Of a stretch of 64,000 nucleotides of DNA, positions 19,856 to 30,357 are shown in pieces. Position numbers and translations under genes: made by a program. How positions within the stretch are numbered: the first letter of the stretch is position 1; every line of letters starts with the position of its first letter. Below the pieces are notes generated by a model. It saw nothing but the letters and a program-made list of their open reading frames with translations. It was not told where the DNA came from and made no database searches. Source of the stretch: an uncultured Desulfatitalea sp. Its GTDB lineage: Bacteria; Desulfobacterota; Desulfobacteria; Desulfobacterales; Desulfosarcinaceae. Where the stretch lies: positions 2,848,001 to 2,912,000 of the forward strand of contig CAXXMB010000002.1 of assembly GCA_963668675.2 (NCBI GenBank), given 5' to 3'.

Positions 19856-21169
19856 ATGTTCGATACGCTAAGCAAAATCAAATATCTGAAGGTGACTGCA
19901 ATCAACAATTGCTGGCACAATTTGATTTCAAACTTTTTTTTGCGGATGATGGTCAGTGGAATCTTACTGTCCGTGGGTTGGGGGACGGCAATCTATGTAT
20001 ATCAATCTCATCAGGTAAAAAAAGAATTGTTCCTTCAATTGGAAAAAGCAAGCCAAAACATCACTGACGGTCAGTTTGTGCCTTTCAACACGATGGATAT
20101 TCAAATATTTGATAGTTTTATCAAGCAATCCAAACGCAGGCTAACAGATTTTCGTATTATAGGGTTGGATATTTACGATACCGACCACCATGGTATTTTC
20201 CACTATGACAGCGGTCCGGAGGCAATTGAATTAATTAAAAACAAGAAGACTGGCCTGAAACCGTCTTCCGTTAGCGATCAAGATACACACTCTTTTTATA
20301 AAATTCATGACGAAATTTACTACCAGATACTCAGTCCCGTCTACGGTGATCAAAAACACCTCGGATCTGTTGGGATGACGGTTATAATTGGCCCCAAAAT
20401 AGTGCGTCAATTTAAAAGAGCACTGATTTTTGCTGTGCTCCACGCAATCGGCACAATATCTACTATGGCACTGATCTTATACCCGCTGATTCATGCTTCA
20501 TACCGCAAACTTCAGCGAAGCAGCCGTGAACTGTTGGAAAGCCATCTTTACACTATTAAGGTTCTTGGAAATGCCATTGCCGAACGGGACAGTGATACCG
20601 ATGAACACAATTATCGAGTCACCTATTTTAGCCTATGCCTGGCCGAACATTTGAATCTGTCAGCACAATCTTTACAGTCCCTTGTCAAGGGGGCATTTCT
20701 TCACGATATAGGAAAAATTGGCATTCGTGACCATATTCTACTAAAACCCACAAAGCTTTCAATCGAAGAGTTTGCGATTATGAAAACCCATGTGGAACAG
20801 GGGGTTAAAATTGTCAATGACATCCCATGGCTAAGGGATTCTAAGGATGTAATCCAATACCATCATGAAAGATATGACGGAAGTGGCTATCCTCTCGGAT
20901 TAGTCGGGGAACAAATACCCATCGTTGCCCGAATTTTTGCAGTAGCGGACGTGTTTGATGCACTAATCTCCAAGAGACCTTACAAACCTGCTGCGTCATA
21001 TGTTGATGCGATTAAAATTCTCAAACAACAATGTAGACAATTTGATCCATTGGTGTTCTTCGGCTTTATTGAGATTTCGGAATCGCTCTTTTGCCATGCC
21101 TCCTCCATGGGGAAAACGGGAATAGAAGTATGCTTGGCAACAAAACTTGCCGATTGTTTTAAATTATGA
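19856..21169 (+). CDS. Membrane-anchored HD-GYP c-di-GMP phosphodiesterase
   Basis: Two TM segments around a periplasmic domain, then RDSDTDEHNYRV, LHDIGKIG, HHERYDGSGYP and ADVFDALISKRPYK. Confidence 0.9.
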   Translation: MFDTLSKIKYLKVTAINNCWHNLISNFFLRMMVSGILLSVGWGTAIYVYQSHQVKKELFLQLEKASQNITDGQFVPFNTMDIQIFDSFIKQSKRRLTDFRIIGLDIYDTDHHGIFHYDSGPEAIELIKNKKTGLKPSSVSDQDTHSFYKIHDEIYYQILSPVYGDQKHLGSVGMTVIIGPKIVRQFKRALIFAVLHAIGTISTMALILYPLIHASYRKLQRSSRELLESHLYTIKVLGNAIAERDSDTDEHNYRVTYFSLCLAEHLNLSAQSLQSLVKGAFLHDIGKIGIRDHILLKPTKLSIEEFAIMKTHVEQGVKIVNDIPWLRDSKDVIQYHHERYDGSGYPLGLVGEQIPIVARIFAVADVFDALISKRPYKPAASYVDAIKILKQQCRQFDPLVFFGFIEISESLFCHASSMGKTGIEVCLATKLADCFKL

Positions 21170-21625
21170 ACCGAACTTATCTGCTAAAATCGGGAGCTCT
21201 GAAATCGTTAATACCCTTTTCACCTTCTTGTTAAGAGGACCTGAAGCGATCATTTCGGCTTTGCTAACTGACATCCAACGATTTTCCAGGCTCTAACAGG
21301 CCGGTAAAAAACTATTTCTGTTGTTCAATTTTCCCATAAGCTTGATTTTAAGAGGTTTTATAACATCCGCATCAGTTAACAGTAAGCATTTACAAATCAA
21401 TCCGATGATAGGTGTTGCTAAATAACGCCAAGATTTATTCTTTTACATTTCCCTGGAGCATTGCGTTCCAAACATTCATCACCTACGACCGATTTATGAA
21501 ACAGCTGGATCACAAGCTGCGGTTCCGATGATTTATTGGTTTACCTGACCTGACAATCGATAGACCTACATTTGATAGAAGTTGAATAGGGAAATACAAA
21601 AGACTATAGCCGGAAGGAGATCTCA

Positions 21626-22897
21626 ATGCTTTTAAAGCGTTCGATACGGGGGGTTGGGCTTTCGGTTTTTGCCGTCATGGTTTTCTATTTGTTGACCGAC
21701 TGTGCGTTTTTCGAACTTAAAGGACAGCTATTTGAAATGAAAGCCACATTTGGTCTGAACGGAAAGATATTCAACGACGCATCAGACGATATACCGGTTG
21801 TTACCGTCCTGTACAGGGTTGAAAAGGATCTGATCCAAGTTTTCGACTATTCGCTACCAGACCCTGCCGGCCACTATTCGTTCCTTGTTCCAGAAGGAGT
21901 TTACTATATAGCAGCTTTTGGTGATTTGAATTGTGATTTTACATATAATGAAGGAGAACGATACGGTTATGCCAATGCATCCCAGCCAATTCATATCGAT
22001 GCCAAACAAATGGTAAGGGACGGCAAGGGAGTTAAGGCAAACAATATTTACCTAAAGCGCACAACGGGCTACCGTCCTGATCTGCCGACCTTTGTTGACA
22101 TCAGCACCCTTTCGGGAAAATCCTGGCTCAAGGTCGGTGTTGTAACCAGTCTCAATGATCCAATTTTTGCTCAAGAGAATGGTTACATGGGGTGCTGGAA
22201 GCCGCTATCGTTCCTAAGACAAGTCGGCGTAGGGATTTATTTTATAGAGCCGTATAGCCCCTTAAAAACACCTATATTGTTCGTTCACGGTACTAATGGT
22301 ACGCCGATCGGTTTTAAACCAATCGTAGAAAAAATGGATCGGTCCCGCTATCAAGCTTGGTTTTATTATTACCCTTCCGGTGTTCGGATCGATGCCATTG
22401 CCGGAGCACTGAACAACATGGTCAAGTCGCTTCATGACAATCTTGGTTTTGATAAATTGGTGATCGCTGGCCACAGCACGGGCGGCCTGGTATCTCGGGC
22501 GTTTATTCTGAAAAATGCCGTTGAGGATTCACAACCATATATTAAAAAATTAATCACTTTATCCACGCCTTGGGGAGGAGTCAAAACGGCTCAGATAGGG
22601 GTGAAGAATGCGCCAGTCGTGATGCCCAGCTGGTATGATTTGTCACCTGACAGCGAGTTCATATCGTATCTCTACAACAAATCTTTGCCGGATCATGTGC
22701 AGTTTTATCTGATGTTCGGGATTCGAGGCAATTTCAGTATGATGATGGCCAACAACGACGGAACGATTGAAATTGCAAGTGAAATAGACCATCGTGCGCA
22801 AAGAGATTCGGTTCATGTGTTTCCGTTTGATGAAGATCATGACAGTATTTTGGCAAGTAAGATCGTCATTGAGAAATTTCATCAACTACTCGAGTAA
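21626..22897 (+). CDS. Exported alpha/beta hydrolase (lipase/esterase-like)
   Basis: Signal or lipoprotein-like N-terminus, LFVHG, GHSTGG nucleophile elbow, TLSTPWGG, NDGTI and EDH. Confidence 0.8.
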   Translation: MLLKRSIRGVGLSVFAVMVFYLLTDCAFFELKGQLFEMKATFGLNGKIFNDASDDIPVVTVLYRVEKDLIQVFDYSLPDPAGHYSFLVPEGVYYIAAFGDLNCDFTYNEGERYGYANASQPIHIDAKQMVRDGKGVKANNIYLKRTTGYRPDLPTFVDISTLSGKSWLKVGVVTSLNDPIFAQENGYMGCWKPLSFLRQVGVGIYFIEPYSPLKTPILFVHGTNGTPIGFKPIVEKMDRSRYQAWFYYYPSGVRIDAIAGALNNMVKSLHDNLGFDKLVIAGHSTGGLVSRAFILKNAVEDSQPYIKKLITLSTPWGGVKTAQIGVKNAPVVMPSWYDLSPDSEFISYLYNKSLPDHVQFYLMFGIRGNFSMMMANNDGTIEIASEIDHRAQRDSVHVFPFDEDHDSILASKIVIEKFHQLLE

Positions 22898-23461
22898 TCT
22901 TACAATTGTTGTGGAGGTTATGAAAATCTGGCTTGAATTGGCAAGCGGCAGTCGAACACTTCTTTCCGGCCTTTTCGATGCCTTATTGTTTTTTACTGTA
23001 TTCAATCGTTTTGAATGCATTTGGGCTGCCAACAAAGCCCTACTTTTTAATTCTGTAATAACCAATAGAATTTTCCTTTAGTGATTATGGCTGTGATTTA
23101 TTGGTAAATATTTCTGGTAACATATCGAAGTAGATGAAAAACTGTTACCTTCAAACAACGATTAATCCATGCATATTGTTGCTTTTACCTTAAAACCCTT
23201 GTCTGAATATAGTCTGCACCTCACAAAGAAGATTTTTGTTAAAAACCCAAAAGCGTGCAAAGTTTACTTAAAACCATTTTAGGTCTCCTTCATGCAGGTT
23301 TCTCATATGAAGGATCTGCGGTTTTTTATGAAATAGGTGGCAGAATTTTTGTGGTGGCCTCCATCGGCTGGACAGCCTTAAGGGCAAGTAAGCTATGGGG
23401 TCAATTCGTTAACCGGAGACCGTCGGCCCTGCGATCTTTTAATTTTTTTGGGAACTGTGTT

Positions 23462-23737
23462 TTATCGATCCACCCTTCTTTTCAGCTCTGTGCCGGCCTT
23501 GAAAAACGGCAGCTTTTTCGATTCGACCTCAACGCGGTCGCCAGTCTTTGGATTGCGACCCACATACTTTTTGTATTCTTTGACGTAAAGTGTACACAGT
23601 CCGCGGATTTCAACACGATCACCATTTGCGAGAGCAGTGGCCATTTCGCCGAAAAATATTTCGACGCACTTTGTGGCTTCAGACTTTGTTAGGTTTTTGG
23701 CATCTTTCAGAGATTCGATCAATTCGAGTTTGTTCAT
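23462..23737 (-). CDS. ihfB: Integration host factor beta / HU-family DNA-binding protein, copy 1
   Basis: MNKLELI, DRVEIRG, GRNPKTG and KLPFFKAGTELK. Confidence 0.9.
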   Translation of the reverse strand: MNKLELIESLKDAKNLTKSEATKCVEIFFGEMATALANGDRVEIRGLCTLYVKEYKKYVGRNPKTGDRVEVESKKLPFFKAGTELKRRVDR

Positions 23738-24147
23738 TGTTTCTCCAGATAAGGATTTGAATTTAAATAATATTTAAATATGTTAGCACCAACCTGTCAA
23801 GCTATTAAGCCGCTACACCGCCTATCCCAATATAAACACCCACCATAGTGACCGGATCTGTCACATCGCTATGCTATTTTAGCAACCAATCTCAAAACCT
23901 ATTCGAAGTCATTAATCAGCTAAGAGGACAGTGCGGCCTAAACCACAGCCTTGTCCTATCTTGTAACAGGTATTGGTTTCATGGAGAAAATAATGCCTAT
24001 ACACTTTATGATTCAACTCTGTCTCGCTTCTGAAACATATCACATCCACCGCTTACAAAATCGCCCTTCATTTTTATTGAGCGTACTTCTATGCCTGACA
24101 CCCGAGTGACAACTCGCTCGCACTGCATGGACAATAAGGAAATGGCC

Positions 24148-24176
24148 TTGACACTGCCCGATTAACTTTCTATTGT
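24148..24176 (+). promoter_or_regulatory. Sigma-70-type promoter of the radical SAM gene
   Basis: TTGACA-N17-TATTGT. Confidence 0.5.
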
Positions 24177-24222
24177 TCTCGGTCATCCTTTAACCGACTG
24201 ACTATACAGGATTCAACAAACC

Positions 24223-25320
24223 ATGCAGTGCCAACCGCTATACGAAACCAATTTTGAATTTCCTGATGATGAAATCAAGAAAGCCGTCAGCCAGGGACGG
24301 CTGCTCTCCATGGAGATTGAATTCAGTCTGCGCTGCAACTTCAAATGTCCATACTGCTATGTCCCACGCGATGACCAGCTTAAAGATGAAATGACGCCCG
24401 ACGAAATCAAGGATGTGATTCTCCAGGCCAGAGCGCTTGGAGCAACCAAGATCATCGTTTTGGGCGGGGAGCCCTCAATCTACCCCCACACCACCGAACT
24501 GATTAAGTTTATCCGTCATCTGGGTCTTGAGGTGGAGATGTTCACCAATGGCAGTGGGGTGACGCGTGCGTTTGCCGAAACGCTGCACGCACTGGGTGTC
24601 CGCGTCGTTTTGAAGATGAACTCTTTCGACCGAGAAAAACAGAATCGGCTCTCCGGCCATCCGGACGCTTACCAGATCATCCAAAGTGCGTTGAGCAACC
24701 TCAAATCAGCCGGCTACCCTTTCCGGGACCGTTTCCTGGCCGTCAGTTCGATCATTTGCCGCCAGAACATCGAGGAGCTACCGCGCATGTGGCAGTGGCT
24801 CCGTGAGCAGCACATCGTGCCCTATTTCGAAATGATCACGCCCCAGGCCAATGCCCGCCTCAATGAGTGGCTCTATGTGCCCTCCTGCGAACTGGAACTT
24901 TTTTTTAAACACATAGCGGATATCGACAAACGGTTTTTCGGTCGTACGTGGGACATACAACCGCCATTGCTGGGAAACAAGTGCATGCGTCACCAGTTCT
25001 CATGTCTGGTTACTTCCAATGGGGTAGTTCAACCATGCGTTGGAATCACCCTTTCCATTGGCGACATCCGGAAAGCAACACTGGCCGATATTCTCTCCCA
25101 AAGTAAAGTCCTGAAGGATTTAAAAGATTATCGCAATACAATCAAAGGCCCTTGTCATGAGTGCGATCAAGCTGACTCATGTTACGGCTGCCGGGGAGCG
25201 GCTTATCAGATGACGGGCGACTATCTGGCTTCCGACCCGCTGTGTTGGCGCAATTGCGGTCCTGCAAAAGAAGAGCTGTCCTTACCAACAATGGCACCGA
25301 GTACAAGGGCGGTCCCATGA
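24223..25320 (+). CDS. Radical SAM/SPASM domain protein
   Basis: CNFKCPYC, GGEP and FTNG. SPASM cysteines KCMRHQFSC...VQPC...CHECDQADSCYGCRG...DPLCW. Confidence 0.92.
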   Translation: MQCQPLYETNFEFPDDEIKKAVSQGRLLSMEIEFSLRCNFKCPYCYVPRDDQLKDEMTPDEIKDVILQARALGATKIIVLGGEPSIYPHTTELIKFIRHLGLEVEMFTNGSGVTRAFAETLHALGVRVVLKMNSFDREKQNRLSGHPDAYQIIQSALSNLKSAGYPFRDRFLAVSSIICRQNIEELPRMWQWLREQHIVPYFEMITPQANARLNEWLYVPSCELELFFKHIADIDKRFFGRTWDIQPPLLGNKCMRHQFSCLVTSNGVVQPCVGITLSIGDIRKATLADILSQSKVLKDLKDYRNTIKGPCHECDQADSCYGCRGAAYQMTGDYLASDPLCWRNCGPAKEELSLPTMAPSTRAVP

Positions 25321-25498
25321 TCCGTCTGTATGAAATATTCCTCGTAATTACGCGAGTGTAATAGGCACCCTGTGTCTGACCAACATTGATAGAACAATGC
25401 GAACCAAGCTCTTTGAGTCATTTATGGTATTCTTGGCAATATTATGAGTAGCTCTTAAATTTGAATTTTTGCAATCTTCCCCCAAAAGGCCTTTTACA

Positions 25499-28366
25499 TC
25501 AAGCCGCACCGACCAACAAATTCTTCATGGCTGCCGAAAGCGCTCCTATACTGAAAGGCTTTTGCAAAAATCCTTGGCAGCCCTGATCTAAAAAGCTCTG
25601 GATACTCTGGTTCATACTATATCCACTGCACACCAGGACCTTTATGTCTGGTTTAAGTTCTTTTAACTGGGAGTAGAGCTCTCCACCACTCATACCAGGC
25701 ATAATCATGTCGATGATCACAACGTCTATCGCATCCAGTGTCTTGGAATACTTTTCCAATACCTCTTGACCGCTGGTTGCGCCAAAAGCAACGTACCCCA
25801 GTTTGTTTAGAATTGCCGCGCTCGATTCAACCACCATCTCCTCGTCATCGACGATCAATACAGTACCGGTTCCTCTTTGGACAGTGGAGGCGGCTTCATT
25901 TTTCATCTCCGGGGCTCCTTCAACTGCGGGCAAATAGATGAGAAAGGTACTGCCTTCATCCTCTTTAGAGGCAACATCGATATACCCATTGTGGGCCTTT
26001 ACGATGCCATAGCACGAAGCCAACCCAAGACCGGTGCCTTTTCCATTCTTGGTCGTGAAAAAAGGTTCGAAAATGCTATCCATGTGTTCTATCGAAATTC
26101 CAGTCCCGGTATCTACACAACTAAGCTCCACGTAATCCCCCGGTGGGACGCCTTGGAACCGAGCGTCTATCTTTTCGGATGAAACATTAGCCGTACCTAT
26201 TGTGAAGCTCCCACCGCCCGGCATTGCATCAGTCGCATTGGCATAAAGGTTCCACAATACCTGTTCGATCTGACCTCTGTCTGCTTTGATGGTGTGCAGT
26301 TCTTCATCGAGAGCCAACTTGACGATGACATCTTTCTTAGCCTCCGCGAAAGTGTATGAAACTTCACGGATCACCTCATTTAAATCGATTGGTTTGACTT
26401 CATAATTACCGCCCCGGGCATAACTAAGCAGCTGTCGGTTCATCTTAGCTGCATTTTCAATGATGTGCTCGATTCGATTGACCCGTTCCAAGACCTTGTC
26501 ATGTTTTTGGACATCCATTTTGATCAGGCTTGCGTTGCCCAATATGCCTGTCAGCCAATTGTTGAAATTGTGGGCAATGCCGCCGGCCAGGGTGCCGATG
26601 GACTCCATTTTCTGAGCCTGTTTTAACTTCTTTTCCAAGTCCATTCGATCCACTTCCAATTGGAGCCTGTCCCTTGCATCGCGTAAAAAGCCTCGAAATC
26701 CCACCGAACAGCCATCTTGATCCAGGATCAAAGAAACCGATAGATCCACTGGTCGATTTTCTCCTTTACTTGTCAACAATTCCAGCTGGGCAAATCGCAC
26801 CGGGCTTCTAGTATCCACGACCTGTTCGAACAAACGATGTAATTGTTTGATCGAATCCGGTCTGAAAAAACTCGCGAAAGGAAACGACGGCAAATAATCC
26901 AGAGATTGGCCGACGAGCTCACCGAGTGCTTTATTGGCAAATAAAAGCCTTTGTTTCAAGTCGATCTCAAAGTATCCCTCGTCAATACTCTCGAGCGTTT
27001 GGCGATACCTGCTTTCGCTTTCCTTGACCTTTTGAAAGGACCGCGCGTTGTTGATACCAATGGCAATATGCGATGCAATTCCCTCAAGTAAATTGATATC
27101 GCTTTTCTTAAGGGGTCTAATAGAGTTTATGTTATCCACCGTCAAAACACCAAGGGGCTCATCTTTGTATATGATCGGGATGCACATGAGCGACCTTACC
27201 TTGAACGATTCCAGTAGCTTTTTGCTTTTTTCTGACAACGCTTCAGCCATTTCAGTTGCGTTGGTAATGATCAGGTGTTGCCGATCCAAAAACGACCTCA
27301 CGAAAAAACCTTTGGAATCAGGCCTGTCTAAATGAAACACTGTTTGTTGCAGATAGTCTCTCTCCTGCTCCGAATACCCGTAACCTGCAGAATAAACCAA
27401 ACAGGTCCCGGTTTCGTCGGCCAGCATGATAAGCCCCCGATCAAAACTCAAACGCTGATGCATAAGCGTGGCAAGTTTGCTCATCAAGTCGTCGACATTG
27501 AGGATGGCAGCGGTCGCTTGGCCAATCTCCTGGACCAGCAAAGAATTGTTGTAGTTGGTGTTTGCTGCTTCGATCCGCTCTTCAGCCGTCGAATGACTTT
27601 GTTCGATAATTTTTTCAAGTTCTCTATTTTTAATTTGCGCATATGCTATCGATATTACCATATTAATGAATAATAAGAACCCCAGTGGAAACATCATGGA
27701 CTTTATCGGCAAAAACAAAAACAGGACTCCTGCCAGCAAAATAGAGCCAATTACCAAATAATTGCGCCATAGTTTCAACCTCAGCGAAGGCGGGTCAGTC
27801 CATGAGACAATGTAATGACAGGCCCCGTCACCCCTGTGAAAACAATATGGATGTTCGACCTTACCAAAAACATTCGTAAACAATTTCGGTACGGCTTCAA
27901 AGTACCCTAGTCGATTCTCACATTGGTAGGGTTTTTCTTTTACATCAGGGTTGGGAGTGGATATGATTTCAACTTTAGCCTGTGCTAATCGCTTCGCCTC
28001 GACCGTGGCACCCTTTGTGAAAAATGAAATAATCTTCGACATGGATAGCAAAGCGGTTTTGGTGTTCATCAAGCCGGTCACATACTGCTGAGTCACCGCC
28101 AATCCTTTAGACGAGGCACCGAGATGACCAGCCTTGCGAGCAATGTCTGAAACCCCAGTCTTTTCAACAATAATTTGATAGAATCGATCAGCCTGTTCTT
28201 GGGTAAACCAGTGGGCTGAATCGGCGACCTCCTCACGAGTTATACCGGCATAATCAAGAATGTCTTGGATTTTTAAATCAGGTTGAGAAAGGCTCAAATA
28301 ATCCAAGTAGCTTTGAAAGATGCGACTGTTGTATATTTGGTTAGGAGTATCCATGTGCCTTTGCAT
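25499..28366 (-). CDS. Hybrid sensor histidine kinase (V4R-like N-terminus, 2 TM, GAF, PAS, HisKA, HATPase, REC)
   Basis: GGIAHNFNN H-box, DTGTGI, FEPFFTTK, GTGLGL, and receiver VDDE...IDMIMP...KP. N-terminal CENR...HPYCFHRGDGAC. Confidence 0.92.
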   Translation of the reverse strand: MQRHMDTPNQIYNSRIFQSYLDYLSLSQPDLKIQDILDYAGITREEVADSAHWFTQEQADRFYQIIVEKTGVSDIARKAGHLGASSKGLAVTQQYVTGLMNTKTALLSMSKIISFFTKGATVEAKRLAQAKVEIISTPNPDVKEKPYQCENRLGYFEAVPKLFTNVFGKVEHPYCFHRGDGACHYIVSWTDPPSLRLKLWRNYLVIGSILLAGVLFLFLPIKSMMFPLGFLLFINMVISIAYAQIKNRELEKIIEQSHSTAEERIEAANTNYNNSLLVQEIGQATAAILNVDDLMSKLATLMHQRLSFDRGLIMLADETGTCLVYSAGYGYSEQERDYLQQTVFHLDRPDSKGFFVRSFLDRQHLIITNATEMAEALSEKSKKLLESFKVRSLMCIPIIYKDEPLGVLTVDNINSIRPLKKSDINLLEGIASHIAIGINNARSFQKVKESESRYRQTLESIDEGYFEIDLKQRLLFANKALGELVGQSLDYLPSFPFASFFRPDSIKQLHRLFEQVVDTRSPVRFAQLELLTSKGENRPVDLSVSLILDQDGCSVGFRGFLRDARDRLQLEVDRMDLEKKLKQAQKMESIGTLAGGIAHNFNNWLTGILGNASLIKMDVQKHDKVLERVNRIEHIIENAAKMNRQLLSYARGGNYEVKPIDLNEVIREVSYTFAEAKKDVIVKLALDEELHTIKADRGQIEQVLWNLYANATDAMPGGGSFTIGTANVSSEKIDARFQGVPPGDYVELSCVDTGTGISIEHMDSIFEPFFTTKNGKGTGLGLASCYGIVKAHNGYIDVASKEDEGSTFLIYLPAVEGAPEMKNEAASTVQRGTGTVLIVDDEEMVVESSAAILNKLGYVAFGATSGQEVLEKYSKTLDAIDVVIIDMIMPGMSGGELYSQLKELKPDIKVLVCSGYSMNQSIQSFLDQGCQGFLQKPFSIGALSAAMKNLLVGAA

Positions 28367-28461
28367 TCAGAATGCAGCTAAATGCAGTATTCATAGTATT
28401 TCGCTCTGAAAGACAACCCTTTAATGAGGAGCAAGCAGTCGCCAACTGTTGCTATTTAATA

Positions 28462-30212
28462 CCTGGATTTTGCACATGAACTTGAATAGAAAGTAGAAAC
28501 CATCCGGGAACCATTGCTATAGTGGGGGTTACGACACCAACCCATAACAGCAAGGAGGTACCCAGATGGTAAAATCCAACAAATCAAAAAAGCGTAAAAA
28601 CCGCAAGAACAAAGGGTTCAACGCAAACGCCGCCAGGACCAGAAAAATCAACGCTTCAACGCCGTATGAAACATGCAGCGAGCAGCTAAGCCCATTTGGC
28701 GGGCTATTAGCGATGATCAAGTTTTTCGATTTGATCGATTTTGAGAAAATATTCAACGCCACCTATCGTGCGCCTGCCCGGCAACCCAAGCTGGGCCACT
28801 ATCCGATGGTGGCAGGGCTTTTGATGCTACTGCTTATAGGGTTTAACCGAATCTGGCATTTTACCTACATTCGACTCGATGCAATGCTGTGCGGGTTTTT
28901 CAGGCTGACAAAGCTGCCGGTGGCCAGCACTTTCTGGCGTTACCTCGATAGCTGCGGCATCAATCAGGCCCAATCCCTTTTAAAGCTGATGAGTATCTTG
29001 CGTGAAAGGGTGTGGCAACAGCTCGGGATAAATCATAGCCGGATCTGTATCGATATCGACACCACCGTGGAGACGATCTACGGCAATCAGCAAGGCGGCC
29101 GGAAAGGTCACAACACCAAAAACCGGGGCAAGAAGGGATACCGACCGGTGCTTTGTTTCATTGAGCAGACCAGAGAATGTCTTATCGGCAAACTACGAAA
29201 AGGTGAAACGCTCAGCGGCAAACAAACGGCCGCTTTTATCGTGCAAACCAAATCCTATCTGCCCGGCTGCGTCCAAAAGGTTTTATTGCGTGCTGATGGA
29301 GAGTTCAACAGTGGGGAGTCTGTCCGGGCTGCCAAAAGCTGCGGATATGACTTTATCATTGCCAACAGGGGATGCGACCCGCCCTTTGATCCGGTCTTTT
29401 GGTATCGGCCCTTGAAACGCAAAAACATTGAGTATAACAGCTGCGTATATCAGCCCACCGGTTGGGGTGCCCCGTGCCGTTTTGTAGCCATGCGTATGCC
29501 TAAGACCCAGACGGGTTCAAACCAGCAGGTGCAGTGTGTACTCTTTGAGGATGATAACTATACATACCGCATCTTTTGCACGAGTCTTTCAGGCCCGGCC
29601 CACAAAGTGGTCGGTCGGTACGATAAACGAGCGGATGTTGAAAACTTGGTGGGTGAGGCCAAGCGTGAAGGGCTCGAGGCCATACCATCGGCAAAGTTCA
29701 AAAACAACTATGCGTTTTTTCAACTGGTGATGCTCTCTTATAATATTTGGCGCTACATTAAGCTGTTGGCTGCCATGAGCCAAGCCAAAGAAAAGATGCC
29801 GTATTTAAAAGCAGTAGCATCCAATACAATCCGTATTGCCCGGCTGAAGTTGCTTTTTATTGCTGCCAAAGTTGTCAAAGATCAAAACCGAGATAAGGTG
29901 AAATACTCTATACACGACGCAAGGGCACCTGCGATGATCCACTTTCTTAACTTTTTGGATCAAGCGAGATTGAAACCGAAGCCGTGGCTGCATGCCGCAT
30001 CTTGATGTGTTTACTTTTTCTTGTGTTGTGATGCAAAATATTTCTTGCACAAAAATTACCTTTAAAGATGGGCGGATAAGTGAATCATCGGTTTACTGCG
30101 CGCCACCAGTTAAGGAAAAAAGCAGATGCGATAAGGTAGAAGAAAAATCTTCAGTATTTTGAAAAAATTGGTTGCTATGACCATTTATGGCTAAATGCGT
30201 GCAAAATTCAGG
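28462..30212 (+). mobile_element. IS1380-family insertion sequence (intact)
   Basis: TIRs CCTGGATTTTGCAC / GTGCAAAATTCAGG. 5-bp TSD TAATA at 28457-28461 and 30213-30217. Confidence 0.93.
28566..30005 (+). CDS. IS1380-family DDE transposase
   Basis: SPFGGL, IDIDTT, GYRP, LRADGEF and YDKRADVENLVGEAK. Confidence 0.92.
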   Translation: MVKSNKSKKRKNRKNKGFNANAARTRKINASTPYETCSEQLSPFGGLLAMIKFFDLIDFEKIFNATYRAPARQPKLGHYPMVAGLLMLLLIGFNRIWHFTYIRLDAMLCGFFRLTKLPVASTFWRYLDSCGINQAQSLLKLMSILRERVWQQLGINHSRICIDIDTTVETIYGNQQGGRKGHNTKNRGKKGYRPVLCFIEQTRECLIGKLRKGETLSGKQTAAFIVQTKSYLPGCVQKVLLRADGEFNSGESVRAAKSCGYDFIIANRGCDPPFDPVFWYRPLKRKNIEYNSCVYQPTGWGAPCRFVAMRMPKTQTGSNQQVQCVLFEDDNYTYRIFCTSLSGPAHKVVGRYDKRADVENLVGEAKREGLEAIPSAKFKNNYAFFQLVMLSYNIWRYIKLLAAMSQAKEKMPYLKAVASNTIRIARLKLLFIAAKVVKDQNRDKVKYSIHDARAPAMIHFLNFLDQARLKPKPWLHAAS

Positions 30213-30357
30213 TAATATATTGTACTTAAACAAATGTTCTGTACTTTCAACTATAGCTTGTCAAGGTTTTAATGGTGCCACTTCTATCCCGAAGTTTTTT
30301 TAAGGGCTGTTTAAAATTATGGTACTTGACAAGTTGAGGAGTAAAGTTAAAAATATA

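Noticed and set aside
21294..21320. Possible IS end (AACAGGCCGGTAAAAACTATTT); likewise GGGCTGTTTAAAATT at about 30304
   Set aside because: No partner inverted repeat, TSD or transposase fragment was found.
22920..23081. Short ORF with a GGAGG RBS after the hydrolase
   Set aside because: No recognisable domain. It may be the stub of a truncated gene but cannot be supported.
23255..23692. 145-aa plus-strand ORF
   Set aside because: It is largely antisense to ihfB copy 1.
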